A DNA stretch of 64,000 nt from the NCBI GenBank assembly GCA_000182565.2, contig KQ257461.1; one strand, written 5' to 3'. This document shows positions 1 through 12,138 of this stretch, one piece after another (the stretch's first letter is position 1; every line of letters starts with the position of its first letter). The notes beneath the pieces were generated by a model. The model was not told where the DNA came from, searched no databases, and saw only the letters and a list, made by a program, of their open reading frames with translations. The translations under genes were made by a program, and so were the position numbers. This DNA comes from Spizellomyces punctatus DAOM BR117. Taxonomy: Eukaryota.

Positions 1-70
1 TATTCTCCAGGAGCGGATCACAATGGAGTTTGCAACTCGAAGTGAAGAAACCATGGTTCAAGCATAGCAC

Positions 71-652
71 CGGGTTTGAACTGGTGTATTATGGTTGCAA
101 TTGCTTAACTATTCCAGTACTGTACAGTAGGCCATACATCAACTCTGGTTAACGCACGCACTGCAATGTTCCTGCTATGCTTTGGACGCTCATCTCTTCA
201 TTACGAGTTGTATAGCGTAATAGGCGTGCAACTCCTATCCATCTATTCACCAGACAACCTGACCACTGGGTTCGTTCAATCACACTTCCTTAGGATCTAT
301 TGTATTTGCCAGATCGTTTGTCGTATGTGTTGCATGCATGCGTTCACACTAATTATAGATACATGGCCAGTATTTAGTCTGCTCACCCACTTGCTCAGAA
401 GCGTCCATAAATCACATACCTCAATTAGACAACGCCAACACCTTGATCCATTCCTTTCAGACTAGAATAGCAAATATCGCTGGGTATGTTACAGAGTACA
501 TACACAGAAGATAATATCCGATGCATAGAAAGTACTCCAAAGTTTTGCTGTAGTTTCAAAGCATGTAAAATCAGTCGATAATATGTAGAAAAGTAGAAGA
601 AAACAGCTGGTGTGTCATGTCCGAATGTCATTTGGTCATGTGAGATCACGCC
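71..652. repeat. Dispersed intergenic repeat, copy A (copy B at ~4340-5580)
   Basis: Shared blocks with copy B: ggtgtattatggttgcaat...aactattccagta; gcgtccataaatca...gctgggtatgttacaga...tccgatgcatagaaa; tttggtcatgtgRgatcacgcca. Confidence 0.8.
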
Positions 653-712
653 ATGGTGCTTGTATAAAAGTCCGAAAGTCCCCGTTGGGAAAACGCGTCC
701 AACTTCCGCAAG

Positions 713-2175
713 ATGAGAATTCCCACCAGCGAAGAGTGCAAGGACGCCGCGTGCATGCGTGAGCAGCACGTTAAGGCACAGCTACGTAAGCTCGGAAAAA
801 CACCGCTCCCGTTGGGAGCTGTATTGGAAGAAGCCATGGCGGCAGTTGCGCTTCGCACGGAGGCTGAGAGGTAATACGCCGCTCATGTTCTAATCGTAAT
901 TCGCTCCTTACTCATTGGGGTTGGTTATGTCCATCAGCCCCGTTCATTCATTCATCTTTGATCTGGAAGAGATGGAAGAGTTGTGCGCGCGGGACCCAGC
1001 CGCGCTTCCAAGTGAAGACTTGGATTATGTCAGGACTCTTTGGAACAACCGCCCAAGTAAAAAGTACTTCCGCCGCGATCCTGCAGACAAGTACGAAAGG
1101 TTCACAACTCGCGGTCTGCGCATGTGCGCAGATTTCATGTCACGTTTAGAGACGGTAAATACATTCATGTGGCATGGCGCGAGCGTCTCTCTAATGTGGA
1201 TCGCCCTTGCAGATGGTAAGCCAAGGTAGCACTTTCGCACAATTGCTAGGGGCCGTCGCTGGTGAGGCGGCTGAAGATGAAGAGCCATTCCTCGAACTGT
1301 ACGGGGTCATTTTCAACTTGTAAGTTGCCTCTGGCGCACTCTCGCCCGCCTAGATATAGGCCTGACTATTTCACTAGCTGTATGGAATGGAGAAGCCAAC
1401 GTGTTTGGAAGGATGGCGCTGACCATATGCGCCAATGGGATAAGCTTTTCGATGCCCTGGCTCCCAAAAATATTCGTTTCGCCGAGCCATGTTCGTCACC
1501 CCCATCCATGCCACCATTATCTTCGATCATGAAGAGATGGCAAACCCCTGATGGGGACACCCTCGTGTGCATGGTGGCCAAGAAAACCACTTGGGTGGAT
1601 GATCCTGATGAGGCTGAGCAAGCCATCTTAAGGGCGACGAAGGCGTCCAAAGACGCGATGGACCAGATTCTCCGTCGGTTACGACGGACCGTAGAAACGT
1701 GGGTCTCCGTAACCTTGGGGAGACATTGGACCCTTCGCTGTTCATATCGCCTGGCAAGTGGGGTCATTGTCACCGGCAATGTTGGGACGTGGCTTCTCCC
1801 AAATTGCTTTTCCAGTTTTCCTCGGCTCCTTGGAATCTGCCGTATAGTTCTTCTTTGGGGGGTAAGGAAACACCCAATTGTATTGTATTGTCTGGGTTTT
1901 GACGTCATCACGCCTTGTAGCTGGCGCTGGAGGATGTTGCGCGGGAGATCAGGTGTGATTGGATCGGCAGCCCACCCCGCGGACCTTTGAGAATAGCTGA
2001 GACCTTTTCCCCTCCAAAGCCGGAGCCAATGTCTGAGGAGGAGGCCTCACCCTCTAGGAAACGGTATGTCATCATCTTTCCTTCATCAAGTGGTTCTCAT
2101 CGTTCCTTGGTAGGTCTCGGCGTTGAGAGTAGTGAGTGCGCTCTCCCCTCTTGTGGTTCGGGATGGTCAGTTTAG
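713..2175 (+). CDS. Multi-exon hypothetical protein (3' end uncertain, possibly degenerate)
   Basis: ATG at 713 and GT-AG intron 871-937 join in frame to ORF 915-1229. Further plausible introns lead into ORF 1262-1990. No family recognised. Confidence 0.4.
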
Positions 2176-2702
2176 GTATTGCGTTGTCGTTCGTCTTTGC
2201 GTGAAGAATTCTGGCCAATTCTTTTGTGCTTTTCACCTTGTGTTATTCGACCTTTCATTGGCGATTGTGGGACCTTTGAATATGTATATATTTTTGCAGA
2301 TGGACATTTGCATTTGTTAAATATAATCTTACTGAGTAAATGAGTTATCCCTGATATTCCTGATATTCGGGGCTTTTTTTTCATCAAAGTCGTCGTTATA
2401 CATATGAATGGATTACCCGCAGTATAGGAGCTGCATGCGGCGGATAAAGTCAGGTTGCACGGCTTGGTCGCCTTGCCCCTTTGACCGCGAATCCTCTGTA
2501 TTGCAAATGTTGTATTGGTCTGCAATGCCCTGGAACGTCAGAATGCACCACATGCACAGGAATTGCTATTATCCGGCAGAACTCATGTCTCTCGGCAAAT
2601 ATGATGGTGAAGATGCTAGTACGGCGAGGGTACTCGTTCCTGTTTGCGTACGAGAACGTTGAAGTTAACGAACCCATGGGACGTGCTACTATAAATGCAC
2701 GC

Positions 2703-3080
2703 GGCTCTACAGCGTAGCAAGCTGCCATTATGCCACTAAACCAGCAATCGCTGCTATTGAGTGGTATTGTTTGGTAGACGCCATGTGTTCAGACTAAGTG
2801 CTCATCATGAGCAGTATTGGTAACCGATAAGACATCCAGTAAACTACTCACTCGTCTTCCTCAGTGTACAACTTGTCGACGTATTCAACCAGACAATCTA
2901 CACGCACAGCTGATCAACAAAGCTTCCGCCATAAACCACCAATGCTTCGTAATAATTAGACTCATTCAAGTTCTTACTCCAGCCGAGAAGAGATATTGCA
3001 AAAGATAGGTCGCAAAGATCAGTTAACGCATTGGCCGCGAATCCAACTCGGGTCTATTACGCTGCATGCGCCACTAAGAC
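2703..3080 (-). pseudogene. Decayed tRNA-Gly copies or fragments (~2703-2748, ~2929-2945, ~3028-3080)
   Basis: Partial matches to the intact tRNA at 3155, e.g. gcattggccgcgaatccaactcgggtcta and ggctctacagcgtagcaagctgccattatgccactaaaccagcaat. Confidence 0.6.
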
Positions 3081-3154
3081 CTTGCTTGTTATGGCTGACG
3101 TTTTGCAGAGCAAGCAATTTGGTCACGAAAAAAGTATCGGACGATCATACATTA

Positions 3155-3225
3155 TGCATTGGCCGAGAATCGAACTCGGGTCTACCGCGTGGCAGGCGGT
3201 AATTATACCACTAAACCACCAATGC
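3155..3225 (-). tRNA. tRNA-Gly (anticodon GCC), intronless, 71 nt
   Basis: The reverse complement GCATTGGTGGTTTAGTGGTATAATTACCGCCTGCCACGCGGTAGACCCGAGTTCGATTCTCGGCCAATGCA has an acceptor stem, D loop, GCC anticodon and GTTCGATT T-loop. Confidence 0.95.
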
Positions 3226-3921
3226 ATGTGTTTATGCAGATCGGTGTAGTATACAAATGTTTTGTCATTGTCTGCTGTTGTCTCTCAACGGGCACCTCGC
3301 ACGAGATGTTCTTTACTAGGAAACTACGCTTTGCACAAGGAACATGCAGTAATGAAGCAGAACTCACAAATGGGCTTCAGAACAGCGGTCATTGGTTACA
3401 GATGGGATGTGCGTTTGACGCACGTAGATGCGGGAACAGAGGGAGGCACACTCGCAGGACGTAGCATCTACATAGGTGGAGATACATGAATGTCCATATA
3501 CAAACATCCAAACGGAAGTACTATGGACGAGAGTAAAAAAGGTATCTCCGGCTCGAGAATGCTGATGGCCAATCCTCTACATAAATGCATTCCCGCCAAC
3601 GCACCCGTTGCAAAAGTGCGAGCAAAATAGATATACAATCCGCAAAACAAAGACAGAAGGGATTTCCCCTTATCCCTAGAGTGATGTCGTTTGCGATACA
3701 TGACGCTCAGCTACTATCAGATCGCAGCGCGATGATCTCGTATTTGCGAATTAGTTACTCGGAACAGCAGGAACGACACCGCAATTCTTACTGTGAATGC
3801 TTGATATGCATCAGCATTATCCTCATCAAGTAAAGTGCAAGTGTAAAAAAAAAACTATGAATGGCATACCGCGTTCACCATGCGAGTTGTGGGAATTCTA
3901 AAGCATCAAAGATGCAGAGAA

Positions 3922-4011
3922 CCGAAAGATGATGAACTATGCCTGAATAGGGCGAAGCCAAAGGAAACTCTGTGTGGAGGCTCGTAGCAATTCTGGCGTG
4001 CAAATCGATCG
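3922..4011 (+). pseudogene. 28S (LSU) rRNA fragment
   Basis: ccgaaagatgatgaactatgcctgaatagggcgaagccaaaggaaactctg...ggaggctcgtagcaattctggcgtgcaaatcgatcg matches the conserved LSU core after D3 with a few changes. Flanks are not rDNA. Confidence 0.85.
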
Positions 4012-4339
4012 AGAAAGAATCAGATTTCAATCATTCATCTCCATTTTGAACAGCATACAACACATTCTCGTATGGGCAGGCAATTAGTCAAGCAGGTCGA
4101 ATGCATGCAAACGTGCACGGTGGGTGGGCAGACTAAATACTAGCCATATATGTTAACTAGTGTGAACGCATGCGTGCAACGCACTTGGTAGAAGACCTGA
4201 AAAATACAGAAGATGCAGTTTATGTCCTATGGAAGTATAATTGAAATTGAACCAGTGCTCAGCTTGCCCAGTGAATACATCGATACGACTGTACCACTAC
4301 AACTCGTATCGACTTATTAATCGTTCAAGCATTGCAGCG

Positions 4340-5580
4340 GGACTGAACTACACAGGTGTATTATGGTTGCAATCATTCAACTATTCCAGTAGGCCATATC
4401 ATCAAATCTGGTTGACACCCGCACTGCAATGTTCGGGTACATGACCAAACGCGTCGATAAATGATGAACGGGAATGAACTTGCGGATACAGTATTTTGAG
4501 GGGTTTAACGAAACGGCGCTCCACAGCTCCACCATTTGCTCCACAGCTCCTCATGCCCGCTTGCTCCCACATGATCAGACGCGTCCATAAATCAAGTATA
4601 ACCCCCCAAATCTTAATTGGACACGGCCGACACTTAGACCGATTTCCTTTAGACTATTTTCACAAATATTGCTGGGTATGTTACAGACTACATATGCAGA
4701 AATTATGATCCGATGCATAGAAAATACCACGCCTGTTTTTCTACATTTTTAAAGCATGTTAAACTAGTTTATGATAGTGTAGAGGTGACAGAAAATGGCA
4801 CTAGCTACTACACCAGGGAATAAACCGGCGACAACCGGTTCGGAAAAGCTAACTAAGCTACTACTAGGCAATTATACACGCAATACGTAACGGTTGGTTC
4901 TAACCGGATAACTGCCCACCACCACATGCGGTCCCTACTAGGCCTTGATCTGGAACTCTTGATGGCATTGAAGCCAGAGTCTTCGCAACATTGGGGAGAC
5001 TCGCAAGCTGGAGGATGTTCAGTGGCAAGGCTTGGAGACTAGAGAAAAAAACTGCAGGTCAGAAGATGACCTGATGACAAGAAATAAAATGATGCAATCA
5101 GTACATACCAACCAAGCTCAACAAATGTGGCAGCATAATAGTAGGTTTTGTTATTGGATCCGATTGGTTGCCACTGGTTCTGATCACGGTTGCTGTCGGG
5201 CGGTCGAGGTCCTCGACACCACCACATCAGCGTTCTCATGGTTGACTGAGTCGCGATGAGGTTGTGTGGGTTGCTATGAGGTTGCAATGTGGGTCGCAAT
5301 GAGCGTTGCACAGATGCTTCGAGTCGAGGATGGGTAAAGAGGTAAGAGGGAAAAGGCCCCCCTTTTATAGACCTTTGGCATGCGCCTCACCGCAGTTTAA
5401 AAAAAAAACATTACAATACATGCCACACCAATCTGAGCGATAGAGGGGGGTTCTGATTATGCGATATGATTAACCGGATTAATCCGGATAATAATGGGTC
5501 CTAGTGCCATTTTCAATCGCCTCTACACTATGTATGTTGAATCATTTATCGACGCGTTTGGTCATGTGGGATCACGCCAG
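4340..5580. repeat. Dispersed intergenic repeat, copy B, interrupted by a TIR element
   Basis: Homology to copy A runs up to ~4770 and resumes at ~5557 (tttggtcatgtgggatcacgcca). Confidence 0.75.
4775..5530. mobile_element. Non-autonomous DNA transposon (MITE-like) with ~30-bp terminal inverted repeats
   Basis: Left end tagtgtagaggtgacagaaaatggcactag (4775-4804) versus right end ctagtgccattttcaatcgcctctacacta (5501-5530). No transposase ORF, and absent from repeat copy A. Confidence 0.8.
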
Positions 5581-6137
5581 TCCACCATAGTGGGGAGTAC
5601 CCCAATATGCTTTGGATATTCGATACGTGTAGTCACGTGGAGTCGAATCCCTGATCGTATGTTTATGTAAGGAGACGTAGTACACGCGTGTCTGACCTGC
5701 CGAATGAATTGGGCAATAATAATGGTTTCTCCCACGCTTGCTTTCAGAGAGCATGCTGCCTAAGGTGGAATATGAACTTTTGTGGTGGCCTTTGGAGCAC
5801 CATCGGCGGGTCTGAATTTTCAGTTCACCAAAGTCGATCCTTCCTACTATTTCCATAATGTTTTATGTGAATGACTCGCCGTTAGGTGGCAAAGAAGGGC
5901 TTATATTAGGGAATCTATACGCAGTTCTTAACCTGTAATACATTCAGGGTTGACTTTCCAAGTGCTGCGAGATGGTCTTGTAAAAGAGATTGAAACCAAT
6001 GTCGCTCTGCAACATGGTGAAGCATACCAAGTCAAGGAAATGCGGAGAATTACAAAATGGGCGTTTCTTATTGAGACGATGCAACGAGAAGGATTTGAAA
6101 TGTATCTCGAGTCATCTACAAAGGGGAAGGAGAAGAT

Positions 6138-6201
6138 CCGAAAGATGGTATGCCTGAATAGGGGTGGAGCAAGACGCCCGCGTGGCGATTCTGACGTGCA
6201 A
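6138..6201 (+). pseudogene. Second, more decayed relic of the same 28S rRNA segment
   Basis: ccgaaagatggtatgcctgaataggggtggagc...gattctgacgtgcaaa matches the same LSU segment as 3922-4011. Confidence 0.6.
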
Positions 6202-6658
6202 AGAAATGTGGAGGAGAAAGAAAGAAAGAAGAACAAGGGTCTTTCTTCATTTTCCAAAGTGGGGATACAGGCAAGAAAAGAAATGAAAAGCAAATTCTGC
6301 AATTCCCAAATTCCAACGCCATGCATGCGGTCTTTGAATCACAATTAGTGTCGAGTTGAAAACGTGCAATGCGTGTCGTTAATGCAGAGTGTCTGTCACC
6401 GTTGTGGTTTGCATATGCATCATTTTCCTGACACAATGTCATTCATGCAACTTGATTGTCGGGTACAATACTTCATTGCATCACATCGTTGCATCTCAAG
6501 CAAGAACGGCTGAATGCAGAGTTTGCAGAGACATATGGAGCCTATGAACGTGATGCCAAGAGATGGTTATCGACGAAATGGGCTTCACGAAACAAACGAC
6601 AAGACACCATTGAATAAAGCATGAAAAGTAATGTTGGTATCAAGCAATATGGCCGTCT

Positions 6659-7762
6659 TTGCTCCTCGTGGAAACGAATAAATGGGAATATTTGAACTTT
6701 GTCCCATGTGAATTACCAGTGTCTGTGGTGTGGAAAATTTTCCTAAAAGACCCATCACCTTGTCGTCAGAATGAGGAGTTACAAAAGCATATAAAGCATA
6801 TAAAACGATTGCTACTACTTTCCCCCCCCCCCCCCACACACACACACCATTCTTTTCTATTATTACTTCATTCACAAATACGGGTCGACACAAAGAGCTG
6901 AGCTTTACGAACAGTGGCCACCTGCATCCAAACTGAACGCCATATATCCGATTCTTACGAAAAATACAACCCCTCAACCATGTATCGACAAAAAGGATGC
7001 GCGAGAAAGAACTTTGAGGCTTACTCGTTTGACATCCCCGCGCGTTTGGATACCAAGTTGATTATGACCGATACTTTGCTGAAAAATTTGGCAGACGACG
7101 TGAACCAAAATAGTGCCAGATACACTATTGTACAGCCAGAATGCGACTGTGAAGTGACGTCGGTCATAGATTTAGATTATCCAACGCTTGCAATTCGCAA
7201 AGCTCTGGAAAAAAAGAATCGGCACTTTAATTTTAACCAACAGCCTATTGCTGAAGTGATAACTATGAGGTATTTATCGTGTTGATATTTCAAGATAATA
7301 GACACGTGCTCCAACTCAATCATCACTAGATTGTGGGCTACGCTAGCGATTCGAGATGGGTACATTCAGAAAGATCACATTCAATCTCTAGTTGGTCAAT
7401 CCAGGGAAACGGGGAAGACGCCTTTCCGCACAGTTATACATTGGTTGAATGAACCGTCCCGTGATCATTTCTACGACACTTGTGTTCGTGACAATAAATT
7501 CGGCCGGGAAGCCTGCTTTTTCACATGTCGACCTTGGGTTTCGGAAGTTGAAAGATCGTTTACGACTCCAAAGCAAGTCATGAAAAAGCAAAAGCGCGAC
7601 TCCAGACTCGACCATAATGTCTCCACGGCTGTAGCAAAACACACGCAGAAGTATCAGACCGTAGCATCGCCCATCTATACCGCCCTTGGACAATTGATGT
7701 CCATCATTCCGGAAGAGGAGTTGAATAGTTTTGCCAGACGCATCTACCATCCTGAACATTAG
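6659..7762 (+). pseudogene. Probable decayed ORF of unknown family
   Basis: ORFs at 6659, 6914 and 7331 share one frame and are separated only by single TGA codons at 6899 and 7283. Confidence 0.4.
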
Positions 7763-7765
7763 TTT

Positions 7766-7904
7766 CTGAATGGACCTGGAACTGGGATGGTAATGAGTGA
7801 ATTGGTAATGACTGGGAAAGTGACGTGTGGGATTGATGTGAGCGGGATCATGGATGGAGGAGTCTTTGCCGTTGTCGAGTAGATGGATGTGGATTTCTGA
7901 TGTG
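7766..7904 (+). pseudogene. Inverted partial copy of the 3' end and start of the 3'UTR of the FAD oxidoreductase gene (~13808-13946)
   Basis: Encodes LNGPGTGMVMSELVMTGKVTCGIDVSGIMDGGVFAVVE* versus LNGPGTGMVISELVLSGQVTCGIDVSGIMDGGVFAVDE* in the intact gene. Confidence 0.9.
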
Positions 7905-9896
7905 TACATAACTTGGGGATCTACATATTGGCCAAAAGACTTCTAAGAAATAGCTGGATAAGGATTCATAGTAGGCATATAAGTCGAAATTCTACATATT
8001 GACAAAAGGACTTTTCAAAGTAACATACAATGGAGCATGATCACTCCCAAACCTCTCCTCCTTGTCTTCCTTTATATCCGCGTCCATGTAAGGCTTGTCC
8101 TTCCATTCACAGCGTATACATTGATGATAGCCATCTTGTCGATTTCAACAATCATTACTCGACCCTCTTTATCCCAGTCTACTGTGTGAGGGGTACCGAG
8201 TCCCGAACGTAGGTTGCGACACCATACATTCGTCCGCCACGAAAGCGGACATTTAGAGGATCATTGGCAAGACAGGTATAGCATTTGTATCCAATCTGCG
8301 AGGTCGGATCCTTTGCAGCTTGTTCGGCCTGGAGAATGAGAGCAGTATCTTTGGGACGGAGCCGGATTTCTTGGAGGCAGAAAATGTCTGGGTAGTTAAA
8401 GTGGTGGAGGATACTGCGCAGGGAGGGAGTATGTCGTGGAACCTTTGGTCGAGTTGGTGCAAAGTATGATGTTATCGGCTTGGTGGATGGCGGCTGGATA
8501 TACGGTACGAGGTTCTCAATGTTCCAGGAGAATACTGTAAGGACATTGGCATGTTCGGTAGAGTCGTTGGCGAGGAAACGCTACCAGACACAACCGGCGA
8601 AACAGGCTGAGACGATTCTTTTATGCGTTTAGGAACAGTCTCAATACTTTGGAGCCCGCTGCTGCCAACTTTTCGTTTCAGCATGTCGCTCCGACCGGAG
8701 GATCTTTTGGTCCGCGCACTTGTGTGTCTGTCAGCATTCGACTGCCCACTCGTGACGTGATTATGTCATCGTCACACTTGCAAAAAGCCACGACTTTTTT
8801 TTTTCAGCACACTTGCGAATCTACGACGGACTCGAAAACAGTTTTTATGATGGATGCAATTGTGATATGCACTCAGCGCCTGAACGGGGTCAATGAACCA
8901 CGACTGCTGTTGGAATGTTGAACGAAATGAAAATTCATTTGGTTATCGTGGGATGTCATTGAGCAATCCATGCCTCTGTCCATCAGATGCAAATCAACTT
9001 GCAACTTGCAGGCTTCTCCCTTCTTGAAGCGTTTCGGAGGGAGCAGAAAAACCAAGACTAAAGGTTAACGCCCAAAAGCACACAATGGTAGTGCCAAGAT
9101 CTTGTGCACTTCAAAATCTCTTGTGTGTGTGTGTGCCGCCTGAACACATCACTTGACAGTTGACCTTTGACCTTTTGCATTCCATTTTTAAAAGACTCGA
9201 CCAGCAAGGCAGCGAATGCGCAGACGACTTGCTCCGTCCAAAAACAAAAAAAGACGTCACAAAAAGCGCAGAAACTTGTAGCGTTTTAAAAAACGGCTGA
9301 ATTTACTCTTTTTCCTTGTTTATAATTTCAAGAATTGACCGCGCGTTCCGACGGGGGGAACGTTAAAAGGCAATTATAACAAGACGTTTTAGGAACTTGA
9401 AGGCCAACTTTGCGGAATCAAACGGCGGCAAAAAAATGGACAAAGGCATAAAGATACCGTTCACCTTCAAGCGATACGACAAAAAATCCAAGTCTTTTGG
9501 GACATTTCATAGCTTATCTAGAGTCTCGTTTGCAGCTCACGAGGACAAGCAATTTCGAACACTTTTTTTTCTTTATGGAGGTCTTAATCTTTTTCTCCGA
9601 CGCTTTCTTCAACTCTTTTTTTTTGTAGTGTGTTTTGTCCAAACTAGGATTAATACCCCACAAAGCCTTATCTCCACACACTGTCTTTATTTTTTTTTGG
9701 TTGTTGGGTCGTTTTTCGCCAAAAAACATACAAATTAAAGGGTGCCGGGGGAGGATTGCACCCTCTCTTCTCCTTTCCTCTCTTGTTTCTTTGCTCGAGC
9801 AGTCGCTGTTCCAGGGGATAACCAGCGTTTTGCTCGGCATAGAGCATAGTTCAACCCCGCCAACAACCCCATTCGTTCACGACATCTCATAACGTC

Positions 9897-11670
9897 ATGG
9901 AAAAGGAGGCACCTATAGTAGAAGCTGGGACGGCTCAGGTTCCTGAAGTGCTGCCAGAAGATGCAATCTTTGACGAGGAAGGAAAGCGTCGTCTGCAGGA
10001 AGAAAAGCCATATTTTGGCAAACGTCCTGCTAGGGCTGTGGCTATTGATCTGGCCATTTGGCTCCTCATGACGGCGTATGCGGTCGCCGTTTTTGTCAAG
10101 GGAAAGGATAAGGATGGTTTCCATCTTTTCACTGTCATTTGGGTCTTTGTTACTCTCCGACTCCTCGCTCGTCATATATCCATGTCCAAACTCATCTACG
10201 ACCCTCTCGGAAAGGTTTGGACATCAACGGTCGGAGCGGCTGCGAGCAAATTCCCGTCCTGGCTGGTCTGGGCGGCATTGCTGGTCGCTACACTTGTTGG
10301 ACTCTTGCTTATGGCCATTTTCACGACTGGACGGCCATCCACAGTTGGAGAGCGGTTGCAGAGCTGGGGCGGCGTCCTGTTCTTTTTATTGATCGCGGCT
10401 GGAAGTTCACGAAAGGTCAAGGCGATCAACCTCCAAACGGTCGCTGTCGGTGTCTTTTTCCAATTTATCTTTGCCCTCATTGTCCTGCGTACCACTGTGG
10501 GTGCCAATATTTTCCAATGGATTTCATCGTTCGTTACGGGTTTCCTTAAATACTCTCACAACGGTCTCGAGTTCTTATTTGGCCCTGTGCCAAACCAAAA
10601 CTTTGTCATCAACGTCCTCCCTGCCATCATCTTTTTCTGTGCCTTCATTTCCATCGTATACTACTGGGGAGGAATGCAGTACGCCGTCCAAAAGATGGGT
10701 GCCATCATGATGCGTCTGATGGACACATCCGGTGCTGAATCGATTGTAGCCGCGGCTTCACCGTTTGTCGGACAAGTGGAAAACGCCATGTTGGTGCTCC
10801 CCTTTATCGAATACATGACAAAATCCGAGTTGCACGCTGTCATGACCTGTGGGTTCGCTACCATTTCCGGATCCGTTTTGTTGGGCTATGTCTTGATTGT
10901 TGGTGACGCGTACCTCATCCTCACTGCTTGTATCATGTCCATCCCTGCCTCTCTCGCTCTTACGAAAATGCGATACCCCGAAGAAGAAGAGTCGCTTACA
11001 AAGGGTCGGGTCGTTGTTCCCGAAAGTGAGGACAAGGCGAGCAACTTTCTTCACGCCGCCGCAAACGGCGCGGCCACGGGTGCCCAGCTCGTTATCCTCA
11101 TCTCTGCCACCATTCTCGCTATCGTTGCGTTGTACCAGGCCGCAAACGGTTTGGTTGGCTGGGCATTTGATATCATTGACGTCCACCGTGACTCTCCTGA
11201 CCCTGCCAATCCTGGACCCCACGACACTTGGATCAGTATTACCTACATTCTGTCATTCGTCTTTTACCCCTTTGCATGGTGCTTGGGCGTGAGTGCCAAT
11301 CAAGCACGATTAGCTGGTGAGATCATGGCTCAAAAGCTTTTGCTGAATGAGTTTGTGGCATTCTCAAATTTGGGCGACTTTAACAAGGCTGGACGTGTCA
11401 ACCAGCGAAGTACGTATAACTTGGTATCGCCTTTCATGACGATCGATAACAATTATTTATTCAATTTCTGCATTTATGATAGCCTTCCAACTCCTTGCTT
11501 TTGCTCTCTGCGGATTTGCCAACCTGGGTTCAACAGGGATCCAGGTCTCAGCCCTTGGCGCCATTTCTCCAAAACGTAAAAAGGACCTGGCTGAACTCGC
11601 TGTGTCGGCCATGTTGATTGGTAACCTTTCCACATGGATGACGGCTGCTGTCGCCGGTTGTATGATATAA
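9897..11670 (+). CDS. CNT: Concentrative nucleoside transporter (SLC28/CNT family); intron 11410-11482
   Basis: Many transmembrane segments; motifs PFVGQVE, MTCGFATISGS, NEFVAF and FALCGFAN. The intron restores the frame (NQRT/FQLLAFALCGFAN). Confidence 0.93.
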
Positions 11671-12138
11671 AAAGAACTCCTGTGCCATCTTTTTGATAAG
11701 GTGTTTTTCGCTACACTCTATGACGATAGAAAAAAAGAGGGTTATGATAGCGTGCCCTTGTCGTGCTGGTCACCTCCTGTAGTAATACGTTGTGTAAGGG
11801 GCATCAAGGCGGGTTTTGGCTGCTGCTTGTATGTACCATACTACTTTTTAAACCTTTTTCCATATGGTTGCTGAACGGATTGCAATGTCTTGAGTCGTTG
11901 AAGGCTGGGTACGTTGCTGAGGTAATCACAGCCAAGCCACATGGAACGTCATTAATAAGTAGGTGTTCTATCGATCAAAGATCTGCGCCCTTTGGGGGGT
12001 TTTTTTTTGTCGATCCGTCCAAGTTATTCGATAACCCTTTTGTCGAACGGTCGTCGATTAATTTTAAAAAGGGATATCCCTACGCATTCGTTACGCATTC
12101 GCATATTTTGATAATCGCTATAAACGTTTGGGACGACC

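Noticed and set aside
128-170. Possible 5S rRNA start (ggccatac)
   Set aside because: Similarity does not extend to the internal box A or box C.
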